This document shows, piece after piece, positions 45,418-54,831 of a stretch of 64,000 nucleotides of DNA. The position numbers and the translations under genes are program-made. The stretch is from Acidobacteriota bacterium (GTDB lineage: Bacteria; Acidobacteriota; Terriglobia; Versatilivoradales; Versatilivoraceae): assembly GCA_022616615.1 (NCBI GenBank), contig JAKEER010000111.1, forward strand, positions 1,478-65,477, read 5' to 3'. A model generated the notes under the pieces. The model saw only the letters and a list, made by a program, of their open reading frames with translations. It was not told where the DNA came from and made no database searches. How positions within the stretch are numbered: the first letter of the stretch is position 1; each line of letters begins with the position of its first letter.

Positions 45418-46417
45418 GACTCTTTATCCAGCTCTGCGTTTGCATGTTGGTGAACTCGTTGAGGTGCGCAGCGCCGAGGAAATCCTAGCAACTCTCGATA
45501 AACAGGCGAAGTTGGAGGACCTGCCTTTCATGCCTGAAATGCTGAAGTTCTGCGGAAAGCGTTTCAGGGTGTTTAAGCGCGCCGACAAAGCCTGCGATAC
45601 GATCCAGTTCACCGGGATGAGACGTTTGCAAAACACCGTCCACCTGGAAAAACTGCGGTGCGACGGTGATGAGCATGGAGGCTGTCAGGCGCGATGCATG
45701 CTGTTCTGGAAGGAAGCCTGGTTGAGAAGGGTACCTTGGCATTCACAACATTCATCCACTCTTAAGGTGGAGGGGGAGTGTGAGGCAGTCACGCCACTTC
45801 AACGTGAGGTACTAACGAAGACCACTCGTGATGGCGGCGCGCCTTCAAATGGCCAGCGCTTCTACTGTCAGGCGACGGAGCTCTGGAAGGCGACATCCCG
45901 TCTTCCCTGGTGGGATGTGCGGCAGTATGCCCGTGACCTTCTGTCTGGGAATGTCACGCTAGGCACGTTTTGCCGCTACATCCTCGTGGGTTGGTTTAAT
46001 CTTGTTCAGACCCGGCGGGGAGGATGCACTTTCCCTTATTTGGAGGGCCGTCTCAGAAAGACACCCATCATCGCATTGAATCTGCAGCCAGGTGAACTGG
46101 TCAAAGTCAAGCCGGTCACTGAGATTGTTCAAACACTGGACACCAGGTGCCGCAACAGAGGTTTGTCTTTCGATGTCGAGATGTTCGGTAACTGTGGAGG
46201 CACCTACCGGGTCGCCGGACGCGTTGAAAAGCTCATCGACGAGAAAACTGGCAAAATGAAGACCCTGGCCAATCCAAGCATTCTCTTGGACGGCGCGATC
46301 TGCCCGGGTTTTTTCCATCGTCTGTGCCCAAGGAGCGATCATACGTTCTGGCGGGAGGTCTGGCTGAAGCGTGTTCAGGAGCCAGGAACAGGAGTGGGTC
46401 AAGGTGGGAATCGCTGA
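45398..46417 (+). CDS. Cys-rich hypothetical protein built from two copies of a ~98-aa module
   Basis: ATG at 45398 (339 aa). Residues 15-112 and 229-326 align: L..GELV.V....EI..TLD......L.F..EM...CG...RV.....K..D........L......C.......C......FW.E.WL.RV. Confidence 0.65.
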   Translation: MKADSIRTLYPALRLHVGELVEVRSAEEILATLDKQAKLEDLPFMPEMLKFCGKRFRVFKRADKACDTIQFTGMRRLQNTVHLEKLRCDGDEHGGCQARCMLFWKEAWLRRVPWHSQHSSTLKVEGECEAVTPLQREVLTKTTRDGGAPSNGQRFYCQATELWKATSRLPWWDVRQYARDLLSGNVTLGTFCRYILVGWFNLVQTRRGGCTFPYLEGRLRKTPIIALNLQPGELVKVKPVTEIVQTLDTRCRNRGLSFDVEMFGNCGGTYRVAGRVEKLIDEKTGKMKTLANPSILLDGAICPGFFHRLCPRSDHTFWREVWLKRVQEPGTGVGQGGNR

Positions 46418-47531
46418 TCTGACCAGTTCACAAGTGATCGTTCGAAAGGACCTGGACTACATTTGCCGCGGTCTGCAGGGAGAATTTCCCGAATTGTCGG
46501 GCAAGAAACTTCTGGTCACCGGCGGAGCTGGCTTCCTCGGTTACTATCTCGTGCAAGCAGTTCTGCATTGGAACCAGGGGTCGCGCCAGGCTTCGCCGAT
46601 CTACCTGACGATCTACGACAACTACGTCCGCGGCTTTCCTGATTGGCTTGCGAGGATCCACAACGATCCAAATCTGAATCTCGTTCAGCATGACATTACC
46701 CAACCTCTGCCTGAGCATCTGGGATCTTTTGACTACGTGGTGCATGCGGCCTCGATTGCCTCACCTACTTACTATCGGAAATACCCCATCGAGACCATGG
46801 ACGCAAATGTCAAGGGGCTTCGTTCTCTGTTGGAGGCTTTCCGTAGACAAAGAGAACTCGGGCAGCCGGTTGGCGGGATTCTTTTCTTCTCAAGCAGCGA
46901 GATTTATGGCGACCCGACTCCAGAGAACATCCCGACTCCCGAATCCTATCGGGGTAATGTCTCCTGCACAGGCCCCAGAGCTTGTTATGACGAAGCCAAG
47001 CGGTTTGGCGAGACGCTCTGCGTGAATTTTGCGCATTATTACAAGCTGCCCGTGAAAGTCGTTCGCCCTTTCAATAATTACGGTCCAGGACTGAAAATCA
47101 GCGACCGGCGCGTGCTGCCGGACTTCGCCCGGGATGTCTTGGCGGGCAGAGACATCGTAGTGTTCTCCGACGGCTCGCCAAGGAGGACCTACTGTTACGT
47201 TGCGGATGCAGTGACCGGTTATTTCAAAGCACTGCTGCGCGGCCGGCCCGGTGAAGCTTACAACATTGGCATTGATGCGCCAGAGATCTCGGTGCTGGAG
47301 TTGGCCGAGCGGGTCGTCAGGACTGCGAGAGAGCTGTTTGACTACAAAGGCACAGTTAGACATGCAACCAGCCACGATCGGGATTACTTGCGGGACAATC
47401 CCAGCCGCCGCTGTCCTGATATCACCAAGGCTCGAACAGAACTGGGTTATCGCCCTTCCATTTCAATCGATGAAGGACTCAAGCGCGCGCTGCTCTGGTA
47501 CCGTGACCATCAGGTTGCTGAGGACGCCTGA
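46371..47531 (+). CDS. Extended-SDR NAD-dependent sugar-nucleotide decarboxylase/dehydratase (UDP-glucuronate decarboxylase-like)
   Basis: LLVTGGAGFLGYYL, catalytic CYDEAKRFGE (UXS/ArnA-type YDExKR). Start uncertain: ATG at 46371 or GTG at 46404. Confidence 0.82.
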   Translation: MFRSQEQEWVKVGIADLTSSQVIVRKDLDYICRGLQGEFPELSGKKLLVTGGAGFLGYYLVQAVLHWNQGSRQASPIYLTIYDNYVRGFPDWLARIHNDPNLNLVQHDITQPLPEHLGSFDYVVHAASIASPTYYRKYPIETMDANVKGLRSLLEAFRRQRELGQPVGGILFFSSSEIYGDPTPENIPTPESYRGNVSCTGPRACYDEAKRFGETLCVNFAHYYKLPVKVVRPFNNYGPGLKISDRRVLPDFARDVLAGRDIVVFSDGSPRRTYCYVADAVTGYFKALLRGRPGEAYNIGIDAPEISVLELAERVVRTARELFDYKGTVRHATSHDRDYLRDNPSRRCPDITKARTELGYRPSISIDEGLKRALLWYRDHQVAEDA

Positions 47532-48868
47532 TGAAACTTTCTGTGGTCGGAGCTGGATACGTCGGCTTGGTAACGGGTGTTTGTCTGGCCGAGAAGGGGC
47601 ATGAAGTAGTCTGCGTCGATGTGGATTCAGACAAGGTGGACTCGATCAACAAAGGCGTTCCCCCGATCCACGAACGCGGCCTGAAGGAACTCCTAGAGAG
47701 AAATCTCGATCAGCGTTTCCGGGCCAGTACGAACCTGGTGGATGCCATCACGGCTGCGAACGTCTCCATGATCGCTGTAGGAACTCCCTTCGACGGCGAA
47801 CAAATTGATCTGACCTACGTGTGTGAGGCTGCCCGGCAAGTGGGCACGGCGCTGAGGAAGAAGAGTGACTTTCACCTCACCGTCGTGAAGAGTACCGTTG
47901 TTCCGGGTACGACAGACAATGTGGTCCGACCTCTGTTGGAGCAAACTTCCGGCAAACGGGCTGGGCGAGATTTTGGATTGGGAATGAACCCGGAGTTCCT
48001 GACCGAGGGACAGGCTGTGGAGGATTTTATGTCCCCCGACCGGATCGTACTCGGCGCCGAGGATGCTCGAAGCCATGAGCTTTTTGATGAGCTTTACCGT
48101 GGGTTCCCTGGCGTCGGCCGGCTTCGAACAAACAATAAGACGGCGGAAATGATCAAGTATACGTCCAATTGCCTGTTGGCCACCCTTATCTCCTTCTCTA
48201 ACGAGATCGCAAATCTCTGTTCGGCACAGGGTGAAATGGACGTGGTTGACGTGATGAGAGGCCTCCATCTGAGCAACTATTTGAGCTGGCCGATGCCCAA
48301 CGGGGAGCGACAGCTCGCGAGTATCACTTCGTTTCTGGCAGCCGGATGCGGTTATGGCGGCAGTTGCCTGCCCAAAGACCTCAAGGCCTTGATTGCCCAC
48401 GGAAAAAAGTTCGGGTGTTCAATGCCTCTGCTAAAGGCCGTTGAACATATTAATGAACAACAGCCCGGGCAAGTCCTCGCTCTGCTGCGAAAGTATTTTC
48501 CCTCCCTCCAGGATGTGTCTGTAGCAGTGTTAGGCCTTGCGTTCAGGCCGGACACCGCCGACATCAGAGAATCTCCGGCCATTCCGCTGATCAGAATGCT
48601 TTTGGCTCAGGGAGCAAAGATCAAAGCTTACGATCCGGTGGCACTGGCCGAGGCGAAGAGGGTCTTTCAGAGCCCTGATATCACATTCTGTGACGATCTG
48701 GAGGCCACCCTGCGGGAGGTGGATGCGGCAGTCCTCGTAACGCGGTGGGACGAGTTCTGTCGAGTTCCAGAACTGATAGCAGAGCTTGAACCTGCCCCTG
48801 TTTTCGTCGACGGGCGGCGTATGCTGAACAAGCGCCGCTTCGCGCGCTACGAAGGCATTGGCCTCTAA
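47531..48868 (+). CDS. Nucleotide-sugar 6-dehydrogenase (copy 2, diverged paralogue of copy 1)
   Basis: MKLSVVGAGYVGLVTG, catalytic GYGGSCLPKD. The start overlaps the preceding stop. Confidence 0.9.
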   Translation: MKLSVVGAGYVGLVTGVCLAEKGHEVVCVDVDSDKVDSINKGVPPIHERGLKELLERNLDQRFRASTNLVDAITAANVSMIAVGTPFDGEQIDLTYVCEAARQVGTALRKKSDFHLTVVKSTVVPGTTDNVVRPLLEQTSGKRAGRDFGLGMNPEFLTEGQAVEDFMSPDRIVLGAEDARSHELFDELYRGFPGVGRLRTNNKTAEMIKYTSNCLLATLISFSNEIANLCSAQGEMDVVDVMRGLHLSNYLSWPMPNGERQLASITSFLAAGCGYGGSCLPKDLKALIAHGKKFGCSMPLLKAVEHINEQQPGQVLALLRKYFPSLQDVSVAVLGLAFRPDTADIRESPAIPLIRMLLAQGAKIKAYDPVALAEAKRVFQSPDITFCDDLEATLREVDAAVLVTRWDEFCRVPELIAELEPAPVFVDGRRMLNKRRFARYEGIGL

Positions 48869-48873
48869 CTAGA

Positions 48874-48890
48874 CAAGGGCTTCGCCCTTG
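48874..48890 (+). terminator. Weak hairpin after dehydrogenase copy 2
   Basis: CAAGGGC-TTC-GCCCTTG perfect 7-bp stem, with no U-tract. Confidence 0.25.
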
Positions 48891-48954
48891 ATATCCCCAT
48901 GGCAGTGACCTTTCACAACTTGAAAAACATTTTTTTCAGTGCTAAGGAGGAGGG

Positions 48955-49485
48955 ATGGTCTTTTCACAGGCTCCTTTAGAAAGTGCTTACATTGTCGACG
49001 TGACGAAGATTGAAGATAACCGTGGTTTTTTTGCACGATCCTGGTGCAGCCAGGAGTTTCTCAGGCGAGGACTCACCAACGTGATGGTTCAGACGAACAT
49101 TGGTTTCAATCTGAAACGAGGCATTGTCCGCGGTTTGCATTATCAGACTGATCCACACTCCGAAGCGAAGTTGATACGCTGCACTAGAGGCGCCATTTAC
49201 GATGTCATCGTCGACCTGAGGCCGGACTCGCCCACCTACAAACAATGGTTCGGGACAGAGCTGACCGAAGACAACTATCGAATGATTTACGCCCCCGAGG
49301 GCGTTGCTCATGGATATCAAACCCTGACCGACAATGCTGAGATCGTCTATCAGACCTCCGAATTCTTTGTTCCTGAAGCAGCCACCGGTGTTCGTTACGA
49401 TGATCCCGCTTTCACTATCGACTGGCCGTTGCCGGTTCAACTGGTCTCTGCCAGAGACCGCTCCTGGCCCGATTATTCGTTCTAA
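48955..49485 (+). CDS. NDP-4-dehydro-6-deoxyhexose 3,5-epimerase (RfbC/RmlC cupin family)
   Basis: EDNRGFFARSW, RGLHYQ, KLIRCTRGAIYDVIVDLR, GVAHGYQTL. Confidence 0.85.
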   Translation: MVFSQAPLESAYIVDVTKIEDNRGFFARSWCSQEFLRRGLTNVMVQTNIGFNLKRGIVRGLHYQTDPHSEAKLIRCTRGAIYDVIVDLRPDSPTYKQWFGTELTEDNYRMIYAPEGVAHGYQTLTDNAEIVYQTSEFFVPEAATGVRYDDPAFTIDWPLPVQLVSARDRSWPDYSF

Positions 49486-49518
49486 CCGGCCTGCAACAGC
49501 AGCTGAGAGGAAAATATC

Positions 49519-50850
49519 ATGGTCATAGTGGATAGAGAACTCGAGAAACGGCACGAGCAAGGCAATCCGGTTCGAGTGGGCATGGTTGGCGCCGGGTATA
49601 TGGGACGAGGCGTCGGCTTAGCCATTCTTGCCGGAGTTCGGGGGATGAGGCTGGTGGCCGTTTCCAATCGCAGCCTTTCGGAAGCCTACGCAGTCTATCA
49701 GCATGCCGGTGTGGAGGGCATCCGCTCCGTGGCGACCGCTTCCGAGTTGCAGGATAGCCTGCAGACAGGGATCCCGGCGGTAACTGAGGATCCGCTGGTC
49801 CTCTGCCAAAGCGAAGGCATCGACGCGATTGTTGAAGTGACGGGCGAAGTGGAATTCGGAGCTGAGGTCGCCCTCAATGCCATCCAACACGGCAAGCATG
49901 TAGTGCTGATGAATGCCGAACTCGATGCAACCCTTGGCCCTATCCTCAAGGTGTATGCAGATCGAAAGGGAGTTGTGATAACCAACACCGACGGAGACGA
50001 GCCGGGTGTAGCAATGAACCTTTTCCGATTCGTCCATTCGATCGGCTATCACCCAGTTGCTGCCGGCAACCTCAAGGGAATGATCGACCCCTACCGGACC
50101 CCGGAGACTCAGAAGGAGTTTGCGGAAAGATACAATCAAAAGCCTCGAATGATCAGCTCATTTGCAGATGGCACCAAGCTTTCGATGGAAGCGACCATTC
50201 TGGCAAATGCCACGGGGTTTCGAGTTGGCCGACGCGGCATGTATGGCCCTCGATGTTCCCACGTGAAGGAGATGCTGACGCTGCTGCCCGAGCCGCAGCT
50301 CCGCGACGGCGGCCTTGTCGACTACGCGCTGGGGGCAGAACCTGGCACGGGTGCTTTCGTCATTGGCTTTAACGAGGATCCCGCGAAACGGGAGTACATG
50401 CGCTATTTCAAGATGGGAGACGGACCGTTCTACATGTTCTATACACCTTATCATTTGCCCCACCTACAGTTGCCGTTAACTGTGGCCCGCGCAGTTCTTT
50501 TTCGTGATCCGACGGTCACACCACTAGGCCGGCCGGTCTGCGAGGTGATTACGGTTGCCAAGCGCGCTCTGAGTGCTGGAGAACGGCTAGATGGGATCGG
50601 CGGATTCACCTGTTATGGGGTCATAGACAATGCAGAAGTGGCAGCAGCTTCGAAGCTCTTGCCCATGGGGTTGTCGGAAGGCTGCCGGCTCAAGATAGGT
50701 ATCCCAAAAGACCAGCCGATTTGTTATGCCGACGTTGAGCTTCCGCCAGGGCGGCTGTGTGATCGACTCCGGACGCAGCAAGATACTCACTTTGCTTTGT
50801 CAAATTCTGGGCCAGTGACTTTGCCTGACACCCATCTCTACAAGTTATGA
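49519..50850 (+). CDS. NAD(P)-binding oxidoreductase, homoserine-dehydrogenase-like with a C-terminal SAF domain
   Basis: VGMVGAGYMGRG Rossmann motif. C-terminal SAF-like segment (VAKRALSAGERLDGIGGFTCYG). The function within the sugar pathway is unknown. Confidence 0.65.
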   Translation: MVIVDRELEKRHEQGNPVRVGMVGAGYMGRGVGLAILAGVRGMRLVAVSNRSLSEAYAVYQHAGVEGIRSVATASELQDSLQTGIPAVTEDPLVLCQSEGIDAIVEVTGEVEFGAEVALNAIQHGKHVVLMNAELDATLGPILKVYADRKGVVITNTDGDEPGVAMNLFRFVHSIGYHPVAAGNLKGMIDPYRTPETQKEFAERYNQKPRMISSFADGTKLSMEATILANATGFRVGRRGMYGPRCSHVKEMLTLLPEPQLRDGGLVDYALGAEPGTGAFVIGFNEDPAKREYMRYFKMGDGPFYMFYTPYHLPHLQLPLTVARAVLFRDPTVTPLGRPVCEVITVAKRALSAGERLDGIGGFTCYGVIDNAEVAAASKLLPMGLSEGCRLKIGIPKDQPICYADVELPPGRLCDRLRTQQDTHFALSNSGPVTLPDTHLYKL

Positions 50851-51644
50851 AAGTTGTCTTGTTTTGTGGGGGATTGGGGATGAGGCTTCGAGACTTCTCA
50901 GAGAACATCCCAAAGCCGATGGTTCCCATCGGATACCGGCCAATCCTATGGCACGTCATGAAGTATTACGCCCACTTCGGATACAAAGATTTCATCCTCT
51001 GTCTAGGCTACCGGGCAGATGTCATTAAGAACTACTTCCTCAAATATGATGAATGTCTTTCAAACGACTTCGTGTTGACTAAAGGCGGCAAGGACTTGCA
51101 GATGCTTAACAGCGACATCCACGACTGGAAGATCACCTTCGCGGATACGGGGGCGGATTCCAACATCGGCCAGCGTTTGAAGGCCGTACAAAAGTACCTG
51201 GAAGGAGAGGAAGTCTTCTTGGCTAACTACACTGACAGCCTGACGGATTTCCACCTTCCTGAACTGATCGAGCGCTTCCGTCGGGAGAAGAAAATCGGCG
51301 CCTTCTTGTGTGTGAGGCCTCATATTAGCTACCACTTTGTTTCGGTCCAGGATGGCGGCCTCGTGGGGAGCATCAAGGACATCTCAGAAACGGACATCCT
51401 TATCAATGGGGGATATTTCATCTTCAGCAAAGCGATCTTCAATTACATCAAGGATGGAGAGGAGCTGGTGTTTGAGCCGTTTCGGCGGCTGATTGGCGAC
51501 GAGCAACTCCTGGGCCACGTGTACAAAGGTTTCTGGAAAAGCATGGATACCTTTAAGGACAAGCAACACCTGGATGACGTGCACGCTCAGGGAAAAGCCC
51601 CGTGGGAAGTCTGGAAGCGGGATGGTTCCGGAACCAACCGTTGA
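50847..51644 (+). CDS. rfbF: Glucose-1-phosphate cytidylyltransferase
   Basis: MKVVLFCGGLGMRLRDFSENIPKPMVPIGYRPILWHVMKYY is a near-canonical RfbF N-terminus. ATGA overlap with the previous gene. Confidence 0.9.
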   Translation: MKVVLFCGGLGMRLRDFSENIPKPMVPIGYRPILWHVMKYYAHFGYKDFILCLGYRADVIKNYFLKYDECLSNDFVLTKGGKDLQMLNSDIHDWKITFADTGADSNIGQRLKAVQKYLEGEEVFLANYTDSLTDFHLPELIERFRREKKIGAFLCVRPHISYHFVSVQDGGLVGSIKDISETDILINGGYFIFSKAIFNYIKDGEELVFEPFRRLIGDEQLLGHVYKGFWKSMDTFKDKQHLDDVHAQGKAPWEVWKRDGSGTNR

Positions 51645-51659
51645 TAAGGCTTTCAGGAG

Positions 51660-52310
51660 ATGAACTCTATGCTCAAGGTCCAACGCATGGACAATCATGG
51701 GTCGAAGATCCTGTGCCTGGGCGCTCACTCCGACGATATTGAGATCGGCTGTGGCGGTTCGTTGCTCAGGCTAATGAGAGAGTGGCCGAATAGCGAGTTT
51801 TACTGGGTGGTCTTCAGCGCAGGGATGGAGCGCAAGCTAGAAGCAGTTCGCAGCGCCCAGTGTTTCCTTGAAGGCGCGAGGAAAACGGTCCGGGTTGAGG
51901 ACTATGAGACGAGCTTCTTCCCGTATTGCGGCCGCGAGATCAAACAATACTTTGAGCGGCTGAAGGAAGAGTTCGCTCCCGACCTGATCTTCACCCACTA
52001 TCGCCACGATCTGCATCAAGACCACCGGCTGATCTCGGATCTTACCTGGAACACCTTCCGGAGTCATTTGATCCTGGAATACGAGATCCCCAAGTATGAC
52101 GGTGACCTCGGAACGCCCAACTTCTTCGTGCAGTTGGACGAGGCAGGCTGCAGCAGGAAGATCGAGCTGTTGCTGGAGTGTTTCCAGACTCAGAGAAACA
52201 AGCGCTGGTTCAGCGAAGACACGTTCCGATCCATTCTCATGCTGCGCGGCGTCGAGTCAGGCGGCGCGAAATATGCCGAGGCTTTCTATTCGCGCAAACT
52301 GATCGTCTGA
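51660..52310 (+). CDS. PIG-L/LmbE-family N-acetyl-sugar deacetylase
   Basis: ILCLGAHSDDIEIGCGG (AHxDD zinc motif), HQDH. Confidence 0.85.
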   Translation: MNSMLKVQRMDNHGSKILCLGAHSDDIEIGCGGSLLRLMREWPNSEFYWVVFSAGMERKLEAVRSAQCFLEGARKTVRVEDYETSFFPYCGREIKQYFERLKEEFAPDLIFTHYRHDLHQDHRLISDLTWNTFRSHLILEYEIPKYDGDLGTPNFFVQLDEAGCSRKIELLLECFQTQRNKRWFSEDTFRSILMLRGVESGGAKYAEAFYSRKLIV

Positions 52311-52314
52311 ACCG

Positions 52315-53970
52315 ATGAAGGAAGCAGTCCCTTGGAAACTCGTCCTTGCGATCATGGCTCTGGCTTTCATACTGCGTATTGCATGGATCGTCAGCCAAAC
52401 CGCAGTGATAGAGAACGAGGGGGGAGAATACGCACGCATCGCCGAGAACCTGCTCCGGGGCAACGGATATGTGGGGACCCAAGGCTGGCCTCAGCTGACT
52501 TATGGTCCCCTATTTCCGTGGCTGATCGCTGCAAGTACACTCCTCACGCGGAATTCTGAAGTAGCCGGCCGGTGTGTTGTCCTGATCTTTGGCACGCTGC
52601 TCGTACTTCCCGTCTATCTCGTCTGCCTGCACATTCATGGCCGGCGAACGGCTCTCATCGCGGGATTTATGGTTGCGCTCCACCCGCTGCTGATTGGTTA
52701 TTCAGGGGCCGTCTACAACGAAGCCATTTTCCTAACTGTGCTCCTGGTCGGGATCTACTGGGGACTTCGGTGCCTGGAGCTGGAAAGTTCGAAGCACGGT
52801 CTGTTCGCAGGGATGTGTTTCGGGCTTGCATATCTGTCTAGGGTCGAAGCCTTAATTTATCCGCTCCTAACCAGCCTCGCCACACTTCTGACGTGTTTCC
52901 TGCTAAAGAGGAAACTCAAGAGGGCCCTGCGAACCTGCGCCCTACTCCTCACCGCATTCTTGGCTCTCGCGGCCCCCTATGTGGTTTATCTTTCCTCGCA
53001 CATCGGCAAGCTACGTTTCGAAGCCAAAGGGAAGATCAACTATACGATTGGCAGGCGAATACAGGCTGGTATGACTGTAAGTGAGTCTCAACAGGGCATC
53101 CGTCGTGACCTGACGGAAGAAGGCCCTCTGCTTGACGAGCACCGTTTTTTTGATTTTTCACCGTATCCGATGGGGCCTAGAGATATCGTGAACTACATAT
53201 TTGCAGCAGCACACCGCAACAAGGCCAAGATTTGGCAAAGAATTCTGGCCGATTTCCCGATTGGGTCCCCAGTGCTTCTGGGCTTGGTGCTGATCGGCCT
53301 GTTCGGCAGGCCCTGGGACAAGTGTCGGTTTGTCAGCGAGACCTACCTTCTGATAGTTGTCGGATGCATTCTGAGCATTCTACTCATAGCTCACTTTGTT
53401 CAGTTCAGGTATGGCTTGCCCCTTGTGCCTTTTTTGATCCTGTGGGCTGCACGAGGAGTTGAGGAACTTTCAGGGTGGGCCGTGGGCACTGCCGCTAACT
53501 TAGGCAGGGCCCAAGGCGGGATAGGCTCGCGAATTGCCAGAGTCGTCCCACCGGTCATCGTTTCAATGTTGGTTTGGGTTGCTGGTATAGGAGTTTTCCA
53601 CTATCGAGTAGGCGAGCTTGACAACGGGGGCAAGCAGAACCTGCCGTTGAAGCAGGCTGGGCTGTGGCTGAGATCGTACATGCCCGGTCCAAAGAAGATC
53701 ATGCTTCGTGGGACTTGTGTCCCCTACTATGCCGACGCGGTCATGGTGTATTTACCTGAGGCTGAAGATGCAGATGTGACATTGCGCTACATTGATCATA
53801 AGGCCCCCGACTTTATTTTGTTGAGCGACCTGGATAGCCCTGAGTACCTTCACAGCTGGCTTAGTAAGGGAATGCCAGACTCGAGAGCGCAGCTGGTCTA
53901 TGAGAAAGGGACTGAGCCGCAAAAGGACCGCGTTCGAATCTATCGATGGATACCAGCCCACAGTTCCTGA
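52315..53970 (+). CDS. Polytopic lipid-carrier-dependent glycosyltransferase (GT39/GT83, ArnT/PMT_2-like)
   Basis: 551 aa, about 11 TM helices followed by a soluble C-terminal domain. First-loop region ENEGGEYARIAENLLRGNGY is typical of ArnT-like GT-C enzymes. Confidence 0.75.
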   Translation: MKEAVPWKLVLAIMALAFILRIAWIVSQTAVIENEGGEYARIAENLLRGNGYVGTQGWPQLTYGPLFPWLIAASTLLTRNSEVAGRCVVLIFGTLLVLPVYLVCLHIHGRRTALIAGFMVALHPLLIGYSGAVYNEAIFLTVLLVGIYWGLRCLELESSKHGLFAGMCFGLAYLSRVEALIYPLLTSLATLLTCFLLKRKLKRALRTCALLLTAFLALAAPYVVYLSSHIGKLRFEAKGKINYTIGRRIQAGMTVSESQQGIRRDLTEEGPLLDEHRFFDFSPYPMGPRDIVNYIFAAAHRNKAKIWQRILADFPIGSPVLLGLVLIGLFGRPWDKCRFVSETYLLIVVGCILSILLIAHFVQFRYGLPLVPFLILWAARGVEELSGWAVGTAANLGRAQGGIGSRIARVVPPVIVSMLVWVAGIGVFHYRVGELDNGGKQNLPLKQAGLWLRSYMPGPKKIMLRGTCVPYYADAVMVYLPEAEDADVTLRYIDHKAPDFILLSDLDSPEYLHSWLSKGMPDSRAQLVYEKGTEPQKDRVRIYRWIPAHSS

Positions 53971-53983
53971 GGAGAGCGAGCTG

Positions 53984-54769
53984 ATGTCTGCAGAGCTGTT
54001 TCGAGATTCGTGGCGCTATCGGGAACTGCTTTATTTCCTCACCTGGCGGGATCTGAAGATTCGATACAAGCAAACGGCATTCGGAGTTGTGTGGGCTGTG
54101 GTCCAACCGTTGCTGACCATGATCGTCTTCACGGTCCTGTTTGGCAACCTTGGCCGGTTGCCAAGTGACGGCAGTCCTTACCCGCTGTTCTATCTGAGTG
54201 CCCTGTTGCCGTGGACCTATTTCTCTTCTACGTTGCCTTTGTCAGCCAACAGCCTGATCAGCAACTCGAGCCTGCTGACCAAGATTTATTTCCCTCGTAT
54301 CATCCTGCCGGCGTCGGCCACCCTTGGCGGACTGCCAGACTTTCTAGTCGGCTCCTCGCTTCTTGCAGCGATGATGGTTTACTACCAGATAAGACCCGGA
54401 TGGTCATGGCTAATTTGGCCGCTGTTGGTTTTCCTTCTCGCAGCTTTCACGCTGGCCGTCGGAATGATTCTGGCTGCTCTCAACGTCAAGTACCGCGACG
54501 TCAAATACGTGCTTCCGTTTGTCATTCAATTGTGGCTGTTTGTGACTCCGGTCATCTATCCAGCCAATCTTGTGCCGAAAAGATTTCGGCCCCTGATGGC
54601 ACTGAATCCTCTCAGCGGGATCGTCGAGGCCTTCAGGGGGCTCCTTCTACCCTCGAGCCTGATCGACTGGCAGTTGCTGGCCACTTCAGCCATGATAACG
54701 GTGGCCATTTTCGTCGTGGGCCTAGTGTACTTCAGCAGAACCGAACATATGTTTGCGGATATTGTTTAG
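53984..54769 (+). CDS. wzm: ABC-2 type polysaccharide export permease
   Basis: YRELLYFLTWRDLKIRYKQTAFGVVWAVVQPLL is the ABC-2/Wzm signature. Six TMs. Confidence 0.88.
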   Translation: MSAELFRDSWRYRELLYFLTWRDLKIRYKQTAFGVVWAVVQPLLTMIVFTVLFGNLGRLPSDGSPYPLFYLSALLPWTYFSSTLPLSANSLISNSSLLTKIYFPRIILPASATLGGLPDFLVGSSLLAAMMVYYQIRPGWSWLIWPLLVFLLAAFTLAVGMILAALNVKYRDVKYVLPFVIQLWLFVTPVIYPANLVPKRFRPLMALNPLSGIVEAFRGLLLPSSLIDWQLLATSAMITVAIFVVGLVYFSRTEHMFADIV

Positions 54770-54831
54770 CGTCCATGTCTTCTCATCTGTTTTGACCTCC
54801 TTGCCTGCAATGTCTTTTATCAATCGCTAAG

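Noticed and set aside
48900-48915. Sigma-54-like TGGCAGTGACCTTTCA 40 nt upstream of the RmlC-like gene
   Set aside because: The -24 element and the spacing are good, but the invariant -12 GC reads TC. I kept it only as a weak candidate. My by-eye scan of TGGCAC/TGGCAT occurrences elsewhere in the window found no canonical site.
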